This document shows, piece by piece, positions 36,053 to 45,405 of a stretch of 64,000 nucleotides of DNA. Position numbers and translations under genes: made by a program. This DNA comes from a virus. The notes under the pieces were generated by a model. It saw only the letters and a list, made by a program, of their open reading frames with translations, did not search any database and had not been told where the DNA came from. Position 1 is the first letter of the stretch; each line of letters starts with the position of its first letter. Where the stretch lies: IMG/VR virus record IMGVR_UViG_3300033076_000783. One strand, given 5' to 3'.

Positions 36053-36765
36053 TATTGATTATTAGTTATGTGTTCCAAAAATAAATCACATTGAATTTGA
36101 TGTCCGGTTTCTCCCATATGTAAATCAAATATCAAGTCATTAGTTTCTTCTTTTATTCTTTGTCCTCCCCTTCTAAAAATTTCGTTAAAGATACTATCAT
36201 CGTCATCATCAACAAAATAGTCTAAACATAAATAATGTTTTTTCGTATCGTCACCAATATTATTGTAATAGTTTTTATCAACACCACCAGACCAAAAAAA
36301 CACATCAAATCCACAAGATTTAGATAGTGAAAGAATCATATTTTCAAAGTCACGTAATTGATAGTAATATTGTATATTTTCTCTATTAATACATATTTCA
36401 GAATTTGTAACCTCACTAAGAAATTGTTTTTCGAGTTCACCATAATGTGGTGAAAATCTTAACCAATGGTCGTGAATTTTAGGATGTGCCCATCTATATC
36501 TGGTCATATATGTCCAACCAATTATTACAACATCTCCCCTTTTAAATTCATTCGATTTATTACAAATTCTTTGGAATATTTCATCATTACCGATGCCTCC
36601 CGTGGCATAATTTACATGATTTAAATTTAATTTTTCAGATAATAATTCCGACCATGTTTTAGGAAAATTACCCCCTCTAAATTTTTTATATTCCACATAT
36701 GGTTTATATAAGTAATCTTCATATCCTGCAGTGTAACTACAACCAAATAAAAATAAATCGTTCAT
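36052..36765 (-). CDS. SGNH/GDSL-like hydrolase family protein (paralog 4)
   Basis: FLFGCSYTAGYEDYL and KTWSELLSEKLNLNHVNYATGGIGNDEIF; tandem with paralog 3 (ATGA start/stop overlap). Confidence 0.45.
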   Translation of the reverse strand: MNDLFLFGCSYTAGYEDYLYKPYVEYKKFRGGNFPKTWSELLSEKLNLNHVNYATGGIGNDEIFQRICNKSNEFKRGDVVIIGWTYMTRYRWAHPKIHDHWLRFSPHYGELEKQFLSEVTNSEICINRENIQYYYQLRDFENMILSLSKSCGFDVFFWSGGVDKNYYNNIGDDTKKHYLCLDYFVDDDDDSIFNEIFRRGGQRIKEETNDLIFDLHMGETGHQIQCDLFLEHITNNQ

Positions 36766-36768
36766 AAA

Positions 36769-38178
36769 TTATTTAAGTAATTCTTTTGGAACAGTAATTT
36801 CATAAATCCCAATTCTATTGGCTGCGAAATCACTTTTTGTCCCTATAAATTTAAATACTCCATTAACCATATATCCTTTTAAAAAATCGGGGTTAACGTT
36901 TTTAACTTCTATTTTGGTTTGCAATTGTGAAAATTTAGTACCATCATTTCTCCAAAATAAATTCTCCAAGTACACGGATGTTTTATCTGAACTTCTAAAT
37001 TTTTTACCATTATGAAATGGATTAAGAACAACATCCAAATCACCATCATTATCGAAATCTACTAAATTAAATTCTCTAAATTCCATGTCACCCATTGGAT
37101 CAGAATTAGTTGGCGAATTGAATTTCAATATGTCATCAGAACTTGTTGTAAAATTAAAATTACCGTTGTTTCTATAAATTTGGATTCCTGTGTATTCTCC
37201 CTCGAATGCTAATGCTAAATCAATATCACCATCTTTATCAAAGTCATTTGCTTGAATCGATGTTGTACCGATATTTGGGTTATCATAAATTCCTAATTGT
37301 GTTGTTTCAGAAACTACTTCATATTGTCCTGATGATTTATTAAAAGAATAAATTAAAATACTATATCTTTTTTCAGAATTAATTTTACCATATGTTGCCT
37401 TTATAATTTCAGGTCTACCATCATTATTCAAATCTTGAACTTGGATTGCACCATTACTATTGTACCAATTATAACCACCCTTGTCATGGTTTACTAAATT
37501 TCTATTTTCAACAAATTTTCCGTCAGTTGTTTGTGTGAACGTGTGAAATGTTGCACCCCAGTCATGGTTTTTGATTCCCATATGGATACCAACAACATCA
37601 GTCAAACCATCACCATTTATGTCACCGGTTGATACATCATGATAAAAACTTTTTCCATTCCCAACTGATATTTTAGTCCAATTGATGTCTCCATTATTAA
37701 ACTTACCATAGTATAAATCACCAAATGGTCTTGGTTCACCTTCATACCCATGGTCAGCATATACAATACCATCTCTAGTAAACTCATAGTTCCTACCAAT
37801 ACCCATTTGACAATCGTTAAATGTTTTTGAGTTAGTCCATACCCCGTTTACTTTTTTCAATTGAATTGTGGGATATGAAACCGTTGAACTAGATGCTGTT
37901 CTACTTAAAAGAATGTATTCGTTACCACCATCTTGATAATATGTCATCGGACTAACGTGATGAGCATAATCACTATTGATTTCCCCCGGTACATCAACAT
38001 AAAAAACAGTTGGGGAAGTTGTTGAGGTTTTTGTTGTATCTGTTACCTGAATCGGTGTGGGTACTATTGGTTGAATGTCGTCTTTCTCACAACCAAATAA
38101 TACTAACGAAATGAAGATAAATAAAAATGTTCTCATCTTTTGTTTTTTTGTTGGTACAAAGATAAGAACATTTTTCAA
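36769..38178 (-). CDS. lipoprotein with FG-GAP/VCBS-type beta-propeller repeats
   Basis: Lipobox LVLFGC. Repeated DINGDGLTDVV, DLNNDGRPEI, DFDKDGDIDLA, DFDNDGDLDVV calcium-binding FG-GAP motifs. Confidence 0.55.
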   Translation of the reverse strand: MKNVLIFVPTKKQKMRTFLFIFISLVLFGCEKDDIQPIVPTPIQVTDTTKTSTTSPTVFYVDVPGEINSDYAHHVSPMTYYQDGGNEYILLSRTASSSTVSYPTIQLKKVNGVWTNSKTFNDCQMGIGRNYEFTRDGIVYADHGYEGEPRPFGDLYYGKFNNGDINWTKISVGNGKSFYHDVSTGDINGDGLTDVVGIHMGIKNHDWGATFHTFTQTTDGKFVENRNLVNHDKGGYNWYNSNGAIQVQDLNNDGRPEIIKATYGKINSEKRYSILIYSFNKSSGQYEVVSETTQLGIYDNPNIGTTSIQANDFDKDGDIDLALAFEGEYTGIQIYRNNGNFNFTTSSDDILKFNSPTNSDPMGDMEFREFNLVDFDNDGDLDVVLNPFHNGKKFRSSDKTSVYLENLFWRNDGTKFSQLQTKIEVKNVNPDFLKGYMVNGVFKFIGTKSDFAANRIGIYEITVPKELLK

Positions 38179-38205
38179 TATATTCCAAAAAAATCTAGAA
38201 TATTT

Positions 38206-38571
38206 TTATACTTTTGAACGTATCTCGTTGATAATCAATTCAGTATGTTTTTTATATTCCGGTTCAGTTTCACATCTATTTTGATGTGTTCTCAAAGAAT
38301 GGATTGCCGTTGTGTGGTCTCTTCCACCCACCATTTCACCAACAGATTCGAATGTATATCCGAATTCTTTCTTCATTATTGAACAATAAATGTGTCTTGC
38401 TTCAACAATAGTACCCTTTCTTGACCTTGAAAGTACTTGTTCGGGTGTGACACCACAATATTCAGAGATGATCTCTAAAATGACCTTAGAATTAACTCTG
38501 GACCTTTTGTGGGTTTTTAATACGGGTAAATCTTTAGATTTAATACCTGGAAATACATAGGGACTTATCAT
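38206..38571 (-). CDS. DnaA C-terminal domain IV-like DNA-binding protein (stand-alone)
   Basis: SRSRKGTIVEARHIYCSIMKKEFGYTFESVGEMVGGRDHTTAIHSLRT matches the Bac_DnaA_C helix-turn-helix; only 121 aa. Confidence 0.55.
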   Translation of the reverse strand: MISPYVFPGIKSKDLPVLKTHKRSRVNSKVILEIISEYCGVTPEQVLSRSRKGTIVEARHIYCSIMKKEFGYTFESVGEMVGGRDHTTAIHSLRTHQNRCETEPEYKKHTELIINEIRSKV

Positions 38572-38602
38572 ACGTTTTGTTTTGAACGAAGATAAGGTAT
38601 TT

Positions 38603-38836
38603 TTAGTATTGACCGGTCAAAAATACATAAATAACTTCAGGAATTTTTGTACAAATAACTTCGTTACCTTCTTTGTCTGTACAAGGTATAAAGGGTAAAT
38701 CCTTTACGAACTTTCTAAGTTCTCTTGGACCTCTTCTAATTCTATCAACCACATAGTTTCTACTATACAGTTTTTCAGAATCATAGTATTCCAAAATCAA
38801 GGAATTATATTGTTCTTCAGATAAGATAATTTTCAT
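38603..38836 (-). CDS. hypothetical protein
   Basis: 77-aa ORF. Confidence 0.35.
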   Translation of the reverse strand: MKIILSEEQYNSLILEYYDSEKLYSRNYVVDRIRRGPRELRKFVKDLPFIPCTDKEGNEVICTKIPEVIYVFLTGQY

Positions 38837-38856
38837 ACCTATAAATATATCTATCC

Positions 38857-39870
38857 TTATAAGTTTTCACTACCATCCCTAAATACTATGTCACCTTCAC
38901 CCATACCCGACAATGTTGAGGTTATTAAATGGTTATCCACCTCTTCCTCTGTAACCTCTCTCACCAACTCGTCGTATGCTCTTTCAGTTGCACGTCTAAT
39001 ATAATTAGTTCTTGGTGCTTCTTCCATAACAGGTTCAATCGGTTCTTTATGTCCGATTGAAAAATGTCTCAATAATTTTTCTTCTTTATTTCTTTCTTCG
39101 TCAGATAATAAAAAACGATTGGTTTTTGCGTCCTTAGATTTAGATTCATTATAAATTATTTTTCTTAATTCATCTGTTAGCTCAGTATCTAATGAATCAA
39201 CTCTCGAATCTTTTTGATTCCAAAAAGAAAATTCGGGATCTCCTTTATCTAATGAATAAAATGATGCAACTTTATAACCCGTTTCTTTATTGATGCAATA
39301 AATCAAGACCCCTCTTTTTGAATATTTTAAAAAGTAATCAGGATTATTTTCTGTGGTTGTACACCACTTAGTATTGGAACCGTATTTTTTTGATGAGTGA
39401 TAAGTTAATGGTCGAAGTAATAACCACGTATCATCTTCATAAACAATTTTAATTTGTTTCTCCAAATCTTTGTGGTCACTAATTAATTCGGCAAGACTTA
39501 GTGAATTCATCACCTCATCAAATGAATTGTATTTACTTAAATCATTTTGTTTTATTAAACCTCGTTCATTTAAATCACAAAACTTAATAAACGACTTTAA
39601 ATCTGACATATTGAACATATCTATCATTCGATAGAAGAGTAACAATTCCATTTTTTCCAAACCATCAAACACCGACTTATCAATACCCAAATCGTGTTGC
39701 AACCTTTCTTTGACCTCCGCTGAATATCTTTCAATATCGGGTGTCTTTTTAATAATTCTAAGTAATGTTTCGGTATACTTAGTTTTTTGTTCTGGTACCA
39801 ATGTGGATAACACTTTAAATAAATTAATGTTATTCTCAGGTAATGTTTTTAAGTCTTTTGTTCTTGACAT
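38857..39870 (-). CDS. hypothetical protein
   Basis: 337-aa ORF. Confidence 0.5.
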   Translation of the reverse strand: MSRTKDLKTLPENNINLFKVLSTLVPEQKTKYTETLLRIIKKTPDIERYSAEVKERLQHDLGIDKSVFDGLEKMELLLFYRMIDMFNMSDLKSFIKFCDLNERGLIKQNDLSKYNSFDEVMNSLSLAELISDHKDLEKQIKIVYEDDTWLLLRPLTYHSSKKYGSNTKWCTTTENNPDYFLKYSKRGVLIYCINKETGYKVASFYSLDKGDPEFSFWNQKDSRVDSLDTELTDELRKIIYNESKSKDAKTNRFLLSDEERNKEEKLLRHFSIGHKEPIEPVMEEAPRTNYIRRATERAYDELVREVTEEEVDNHLITSTLSGMGEGDIVFRDGSENL

Positions 39871-39872
39871 AA

Positions 39873-40193
39873 TTAAAACTTTTTGGGGTTATACTTTAAT
39901 CCATAAAATTCATAATTTTTGTGTACTGATTCCTCGTCACCAAAAAATATTGCATCTTTCTCCGTTGGGTATATTGCATCAACTGGACATTCGGGTACAC
40001 ATGCACCACAATCAATACATAAGTCGGGGTTGATATAAAGTTGTTTTCCTACTTTTTCAACATTCGACATGGTATCTAATTCTTGTGCCATTTTATCTGT
40101 GTAGATTGGTCCATTGATACAATCAATGGGACAAACAGTTACACATGCACCGTCAATACAACTAATACATTTATTACCGATTATATATGACAT
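39873..40193 (-). CDS. 2x[4Fe-4S] ferredoxin
   Basis: CISCIDGACVTVCP and CIDCGACVPECP cluster-binding motifs. Confidence 0.75.
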   Translation of the reverse strand: MSYIIGNKCISCIDGACVTVCPIDCINGPIYTDKMAQELDTMSNVEKVGKQLYINPDLCIDCGACVPECPVDAIYPTEKDAIFFGDEESVHKNYEFYGLKYNPKKF

Positions 40194-40194
40194 A

Positions 40195-40701
40195 TTACAA
40201 ATTTAATACTTTTAATTGATCTAATGTGTGTTTAGTATTCACATGATGAATACCTATTCCACCTGAGTCCCTCCAACCTTGAATGTTTTCCAATCTATCA
40301 TCAATCAAGATAGCGTTTTTTTCTGCTAAATCCTTTTTATTTTTAGCATACTTTAAAATTAATTCGGTGCCAGGTAACTCCCTCTCAACCCACTGAATTT
40401 TACCGATTCTAGATTCAACATGTCTAGATGGTGCAGACAATATTTTAGGGTTATGTTTCTTTATATAATTCCACAATCTTTTACCATCATTCTTCCAATC
40501 CATTTCAGACCAGAAACCCACACCGGCCTTGTTTATTGGGTCCCAAAATTCGGGTCCATCGTGAAATTTATTACCGATATCAATACCCGTTAATTTCTGA
40601 TATGCCTTATCAAAGTCAGTTAAAACTCCGTCAAGATCACAATAAATTTTATATGTTTCATCCATATTATAAAATATAATAAAAAAAAATTTAAAAAACA
40701 A
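40195..40701 (-). CDS. HAD-superfamily 5'(3')-deoxyribonucleotidase-like (NT5C family)
   Basis: IYCDLDGVLTDFD (motif I DxDGV) and ILIDDR block resemble NT5C. Confidence 0.55.
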   Translation of the reverse strand: MFFKFFFIIFYNMDETYKIYCDLDGVLTDFDKAYQKLTGIDIGNKFHDGPEFWDPINKAGVGFWSEMDWKNDGKRLWNYIKKHNPKILSAPSRHVESRIGKIQWVERELPGTELILKYAKNKKDLAEKNAILIDDRLENIQGWRDSGGIGIHHVNTKHTLDQLKVLNL

Positions 40702-40727
40702 AAAAACCCCAAAAAAATTGGGGTTTT
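40701..40727 (-). terminator. Intrinsic terminator
   Basis: aaaaaaCCCCAaaaaaaTTGGGGtttt. Confidence 0.55.
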
Positions 40728-40749
40728 AATATAATAGGAATAATTTTAT

Positions 40750-41007
40750 TTATTTTGTTTTCAATACTATTTCAGGATTTTCTTCGTCGCCATTTTTCAT
40801 AACGTAGAAATTACCGTCCGCGTCCTGACCTAAAGATAATTCAACTTGTGCCTCGTATTCATCGGCACCTGGTGCTTCCTCAGGTCCTTGTTGTCCTAAT
40901 TGCATAATTTCGGGGTCAGTTGAACCCTTCCATTCTTCATTTTCCTTTAAAATGTTCTCAACAATCTTTTGAATATCGGATTGTTTTAATTTTATAACTT
41001 TAGCCAT
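40750..41007 (-). CDS. hypothetical acidic protein
   Basis: 85-aa ORF. Confidence 0.4.
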   Translation of the reverse strand: MAKVIKLKQSDIQKIVENILKENEEWKGSTDPEIMQLGQQGPEEAPGADEYEAQVELSLGQDADGNFYVMKNGDEENPEIVLKTK

Positions 41008-41162
41008 ATCATTAATCTTTATATATAAATACTACAAATTAGGACTTCTTTCTGTGTAAACCTTTTTTTTGGTTTAGTTTTCTCGACGTTTTAGCCATTT
41101 TAATCCTATTCTTATCTTTTTTTTCTCTTTTTGTCATGTAAATAAATATAACCAAAGAGTAT

Positions 41163-41202
41163 AAAAAACCCCGATTTACATGTCATAATCGGGGTTTATT
41201 TT
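41163..41202 (-). terminator. Intrinsic terminator
   Basis: aaaaaaCCCCGATTtacatgtcatAATCGGGGtttatttt. Confidence 0.55.
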
Positions 41203-41204
41203 AA

Positions 41205-42119
41205 TTAATTTATACCTTTAAATAATTGTGGTGTTTGACCATATACAGGAAGTTTACCATCCCACTTCTCAATCCACAATTGTTGTAATAATAACGAATT
41301 CAAAGTGGATTGTTTCATTCTGTTTGCCTCAGATTCAGCCTTAGCCGTTGTTAACATTGCCTGAGCATTACCTTCGGCGGTTGCAACTTTAATCTTTGCC
41401 TCAGCCTCGGCCTGTTTAACTTTGTTCTCGGCCATTAATGCTGCTTGAACTGCGTTGTTTTTAGCATTAATTGCGTTCTTAAATGATTCGGGATATAATA
41501 AATTAGATGTAAATTGGTTTACCACAAACCCCTCATGTAACAATTGACCCTCCAATAATTTGCGAACTTCGATTTCAAATTGTGCACGATTACTAATTAA
41601 TTCATCGGCCGTGTATTTGTTTGTTGCCAATCTAAATGCATCAAACACTGCTGTCTTTAAGAATCCTTCTTCAATTTGTTCTAAACTTCTACGGTACTTA
41701 GCAAAAATTGATGGTACTTTTTCTCTTTGTACTGAGTAGTTGATAATTGGGGACACATGGAATTCACTACCGTCTCTACTGTTAACAATGAATGAGTTAT
41801 CACCAGTATATTCTTTATGTTGAATAAAGGTTGGAAACTCGTAAATGTTGTGTGTGATTGGATTAAAGAATACCATACCAGTGACTTCCGTCACATCACT
41901 AACACCTTTGTTATCACCATAAAGGTTTACTTTAACACCAACGTGTCCTGCGTCAATTCTCTCACAAGAGAAGAATAAAAATGTTAATGTAAAAAATCCG
42001 ATAACTCCTAATAAAATGTTTCTCATAATTTGTTTTTGTTTAATTTTTGTTAATAATTCTCTTTCTTCTCGTTCTTTTTCTTGACGAGCATATCTTTCTT
42101 CAAATGTTTCGTATGCCAT
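41205..42119 (-). CDS. SPFH/band-7 (stomatin/prohibitin-like) membrane protein
   Basis: N-terminal TM, GHVGVKVNLYG SPFH core, C-terminal Ala/Lys/Glu coiled-coil (AEAEAKIKVATAEGNAQAM). Confidence 0.55.
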   Translation of the reverse strand: MAYETFEERYARQEKEREERELLTKIKQKQIMRNILLGVIGFFTLTFLFFSCERIDAGHVGVKVNLYGDNKGVSDVTEVTGMVFFNPITHNIYEFPTFIQHKEYTGDNSFIVNSRDGSEFHVSPIINYSVQREKVPSIFAKYRRSLEQIEEGFLKTAVFDAFRLATNKYTADELISNRAQFEIEVRKLLEGQLLHEGFVVNQFTSNLLYPESFKNAINAKNNAVQAALMAENKVKQAEAEAKIKVATAEGNAQAMLTTAKAESEANRMKQSTLNSLLLQQLWIEKWDGKLPVYGQTPQLFKGIN

Positions 42120-42124
42120 ATTAT

Positions 42125-42502
42125 TTAAAATTTATTTGTTTTTAATCTTTTAGTGTTTTCTCTCACCAATTCATGTGAGTATCTTTCCTTCATCCCAATT
42201 ATTCGATGAAAATCTCTATATGCAACCGGGTGATAATCTTTTAAATAAGATAACCCCATTTCATATTCTGAAATAACATCTTCATATCTTCTTTCCCTAC
42301 TATCGAATCCATCTTCTTGGAATTCCAATTCGGTGTTCAATGAATCTATAACATATTCTAAAGAATCAACCTTTAACACCAATTGATCGTAGTGTGATGG
42401 TGTTGGTAATTCCTCAACACGGTTTTCGGTTGTATAAATAACAACACCAAGACCAGATAATACGATAATGAATATTGCTAATAATAAATCACTTGGTTTC
42501 AT
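42125..42502 (-). CDS. small membrane protein (upstream of SPFH gene)
   Basis: N-terminal TM helix; overlaps the next gene by 14 nt. Confidence 0.4.
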   Translation of the reverse strand: MKPSDLLLAIFIIVLSGLGVVIYTTENRVEELPTPSHYDQLVLKVDSLEYVIDSLNTELEFQEDGFDSRERRYEDVISEYEMGLSYLKDYHPVAYRDFHRIIGMKERYSHELVRENTKRLKTNKF

Positions 42503-42845
42503 TTTTTTTTCTTGGTTGATGTGGTGGCATTGGAAATTCAGATTTAGTCACTTTCTTTTTTTTCTTTTTCTTAGTTACTTTTTCAATGTCTTCTTTTGGA
42601 ATGTAATCTAATTCTGTTTCACCTGGATGAATTGATATTGGTGTGAAAAATCTATCACCATCGATATAAAAGAAAAGAAAAAGTAATGTGATTGCCCCAA
42701 TAACCCCACCTAAAATATTCAATATGGTGTTAGATGCTGTTAAAAACGGAAAAACCGCAAATGTGAATATAGAGAATACAATTATACCTACACTAAGTGA
42801 AACTGCAATTTTTGTACAGAAAATTTTTTTAATAATATTTTTCAT
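42489..42845 (-). CDS. small multi-TM membrane protein (possible NfeD-like partner)
   Basis: 2-3 hydrophobic helices then a short soluble C-terminal segment and Lys-run; directly upstream of the SPFH gene. Confidence 0.35.
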   Translation of the reverse strand: MKNIIKKIFCTKIAVSLSVGIIVFSIFTFAVFPFLTASNTILNILGGVIGAITLLFLFFYIDGDRFFTPISIHPGETELDYIPKEDIEKVTKKKKKKKVTKSEFPMPPHQPRKKNETK

Positions 42846-43062
42846 TTTGTTTTGTTTAGAGTATGGTTGGGTTCAAAATTTCAATTAAATAAATCTTAAA
42901 GGAGTTTTAAAGTTTGACGATTAACTGTTGACTTGTTGATTTTTAATTTTTGAATTCATAAACATCATCAAGTTATCAGACTTTAGCAGATAGTATGTTT
43001 CAAATGATACGAGACCATTCGTCTTGATTTATTAATCTCCACTTATCCCCCAACCAATATTT

Positions 43063-43500
43063 TTAATCAATCAACGTGTTGTGATTCCATTGGTCTAACT
43101 CATCTTGTAAAGATTCAATTCTTGCTTCCAAGTTTTTAACCATTTTATCTTTCTCAACGATGTTGATTTCCGCATGTTTAACCACTGGTTCACCTTCACC
43201 CCATCTTCCACCATTTACCTTACCTGATGTACAATTAAGTAATTTCAAGTGTTTAACTTGGTTCTTTAATTCTGACAACTCAAAAATTTTATCATAAACC
43301 GGAAGATTTGCTTTATGAATTTGAGTTTTTAAAACGATTAAATCGTTTGTTAATTCCATCCACCTACCAATTGATTCTGTTGCAGAATATGGACGTGGGT
43401 TACCTTCATCAACAACATTATATTGTGATGCTTTCTGAAACTCCTCGTTAATCATTCCAACGAGTTTGTTTTTCTTTTTTAATGCCTGTTTAATATTCAT
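43063..43500 (-). CDS. hypothetical protein
   Basis: 145-aa ORF. Confidence 0.45.
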   Translation of the reverse strand: MNIKQALKKKNKLVGMINEEFQKASQYNVVDEGNPRPYSATESIGRWMELTNDLIVLKTQIHKANLPVYDKIFELSELKNQVKHLKLLNCTSGKVNGGRWGEGEPVVKHAEINIVEKDKMVKNLEARIESLQDELDQWNHNTLID

Positions 43501-43509
43501 GATTCTATT

Positions 43510-43845
43510 TTAAATTACTTCTGTTAATATTCTCCATTCTTTTAACATCATACCATCAAACGAACACTCAACAGGTATTCCTTTTAATTGGTCAACACTA
43601 CTTACTTTGGCCTCTTTCAATAATTTAGAAAGAAATCTCATGGTGTCCGCATATGATTTATCTCTTTCTTCCTCACTCCATTTACTATATTCACTATGTT
43701 TAATTAATTCGGCATCCCAACCACCTTTGAAATCACCAACACCCCATCCTTTTGCGGATAATGTGACAGATAAACCAAGACAAGCGTCTTGATATCCTCC
43801 GTGTCCAAATCTAACTGATTCAATTTTACCTAATTTCTTTTCCAT
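43510..43845 (-). CDS. hypothetical protein
   Basis: 111-aa ORF. Confidence 0.45.
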   Translation of the reverse strand: MEKKLGKIESVRFGHGGYQDACLGLSVTLSAKGWGVGDFKGGWDAELIKHSEYSKWSEEERDKSYADTMRFLSKLLKEAKVSSVDQLKGIPVECSFDGMMLKEWRILTEVI

Positions 43846-43880
43846 ATTAAAATATAATAAAATTATTTGAAATAAAAAAA

Positions 43881-44534
43881 TTATCTATCAACATTTTGCA
43901 TATCATCCATGTGATGATCTAACGGACCCAACTCACTTCCGATTTGTTTCTTCTTCAGGAGTTTAATAACTTCACTTAATTCATATGGTTCAAAGTCTGG
44001 ATGCCCATCCATACCAATATCCATTCTCCTACCATTAGTAATTTTTTGACTATGTGGTAAATGGCAATGACCATGTAAGTGAATTCTACCTTTGCGTAAA
44101 CTATTCCAACTAGAGATTGGGTAATGGCACATTTCAATAGTGTCACCTTGATACTCAAATTGGTCGAACCAACTCACTGTCTTAAATAATTTTCTAACAT
44201 CACCACGATTTCTATCAATGTGGTGGTCGTGGTTACCAAGAATTAAATGTATGTTCTTACATATTAATCTGTTGTGAAACTCTTCAATATTTTCAAAACC
44301 ACCAAAAGACCAATCACCTAAATGAATTAACACATCATCTTGACCAACACAATTATTAATGTTATTAACAATTGCACTGTTCATTCTTTCTATTGTTTCA
44401 AAGGGACGTGTTTGTGCTTCAGGAATATCACCATTTGGTAATCTCCAATTAGTCGTCCCTCTACATATATTCTTATGAGAATAGTGTGTATCGGATGTTA
44501 TCCATACTTTTATATTATTATCTATTTTTATCAT
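43881..44534 (-). CDS. calcineurin-like metallophosphoesterase
   Basis: WITSDTHYSH, IHLGDWSFGG, ILGNHDHH and GHCH metal-binding motifs. Confidence 0.7.
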   Translation of the reverse strand: MIKIDNNIKVWITSDTHYSHKNICRGTTNWRLPNGDIPEAQTRPFETIERMNSAIVNNINNCVGQDDVLIHLGDWSFGGFENIEEFHNRLICKNIHLILGNHDHHIDRNRGDVRKLFKTVSWFDQFEYQGDTIEMCHYPISSWNSLRKGRIHLHGHCHLPHSQKITNGRRMDIGMDGHPDFEPYELSEVIKLLKKKQIGSELGPLDHHMDDMQNVDR

Positions 44535-45405
44535 TCTCTAATGTTTTAAAATAATCTTTAATCAGCAAGTTTCCCCATTTAGTTTTATCCCCACTTCTAC
44601 TTGATGGTGAGAAATATTTTTCAACCGCATTAATATAAAATGAATGCTCACCCTGATTAAACTCTTCCCATTTATCATCTGTTAGGAAACGTTTAATGTT
44701 AAGTTGTTCGAGTCCTAAGTTATCAAACGACACAACATCTTTTGTATCAATCAATTTCTTAACCCACCAATACCATTGCTGAATGTTTTTCTTAACTTCG
44801 TCCGAATAGTATTCAACACCAAATCCAAATGTCTTGTAACCTAATACAAGAACTTTCTTAATTGGATTTACAATAATGTCATCCACGCTATCAATGCCAG
44901 CAATAACATGAAGAACGACGCGAGGATGATTAACAAAATATCCATCAATTCCAAAAGGATAATCTTTACGGTATGAAATACCGAGACCATAAATTGTTTC
45001 ATCTTCTAATAAACTTCTAAGTACAACTCTATCTCTATTCATGTGGAGATGATTAACAGTAAGATTACAAATGTATCCTTCGTTCTTCGCCCACGTTAAA
45101 AAATTAATCAACCCTAATGTAATTTTGTTACCACCAATTGCAAGTTCAATACCTTTAGGTAAACCTTGGAGTTTGTCTTTTAATTCTTGATAATCACATT
45201 CTTCACCATCGGTTCTTGCCGATTCGTGACAGAAAGAACACGTTGCTTTTCCTGTCTTAGGATTATACCCTAATGAACATGCAGTGCTAACACGAATATC
45301 GATGTTCAAAGGATATTCCAATTGAAGTTCATCTTCAAATGAAATAATCCTTGTTCCATCGTGGTGTAATTCCACAAAACTATTACCGTTTTGATATTGT
45401 ATCAT
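44518..45405 (-). CDS. hypothetical protein with Cx12CxxC cluster (radical-SAM-like, QueE-variant-like?)
   Basis: IRVSTACSLGYNPKTGKATCSFCHE resembles the Cx14CxxC radical-SAM variant; weak. Confidence 0.3.
   Translation of the reverse strand: MIQYQNGNSFVELHHDGTRIISFEDELQLEYPLNIDIRVSTACSLGYNPKTGKATCSFCHESARTDGEECDYQELKDKLQGLPKGIELAIGGNKITLGLINFLTWAKNEGYICNLTVNHLHMNRDRVVLRSLLEDETIYGLGISYRKDYPFGIDGYFVNHPRVVLHVIAGIDSVDDIIVNPIKKVLVLGYKTFGFGVEYYSDEVKKNIQQWYWWVKKLIDTKDVVSFDNLGLEQLNIKRFLTDDKWEEFNQGEHSFYINAVEKYFSPSSRSGDKTKWGNLLIKDYFKTLENDKNR

Noticed and set aside
44518-45405. Calling a full 7-deazaguanine DNA-modification pathway
   Set aside because: Only one weak radical-SAM-like motif is present. 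No QueC (SGGxDS), QueD (CxxxHGH), FolE or DpdA signatures were found in the window.
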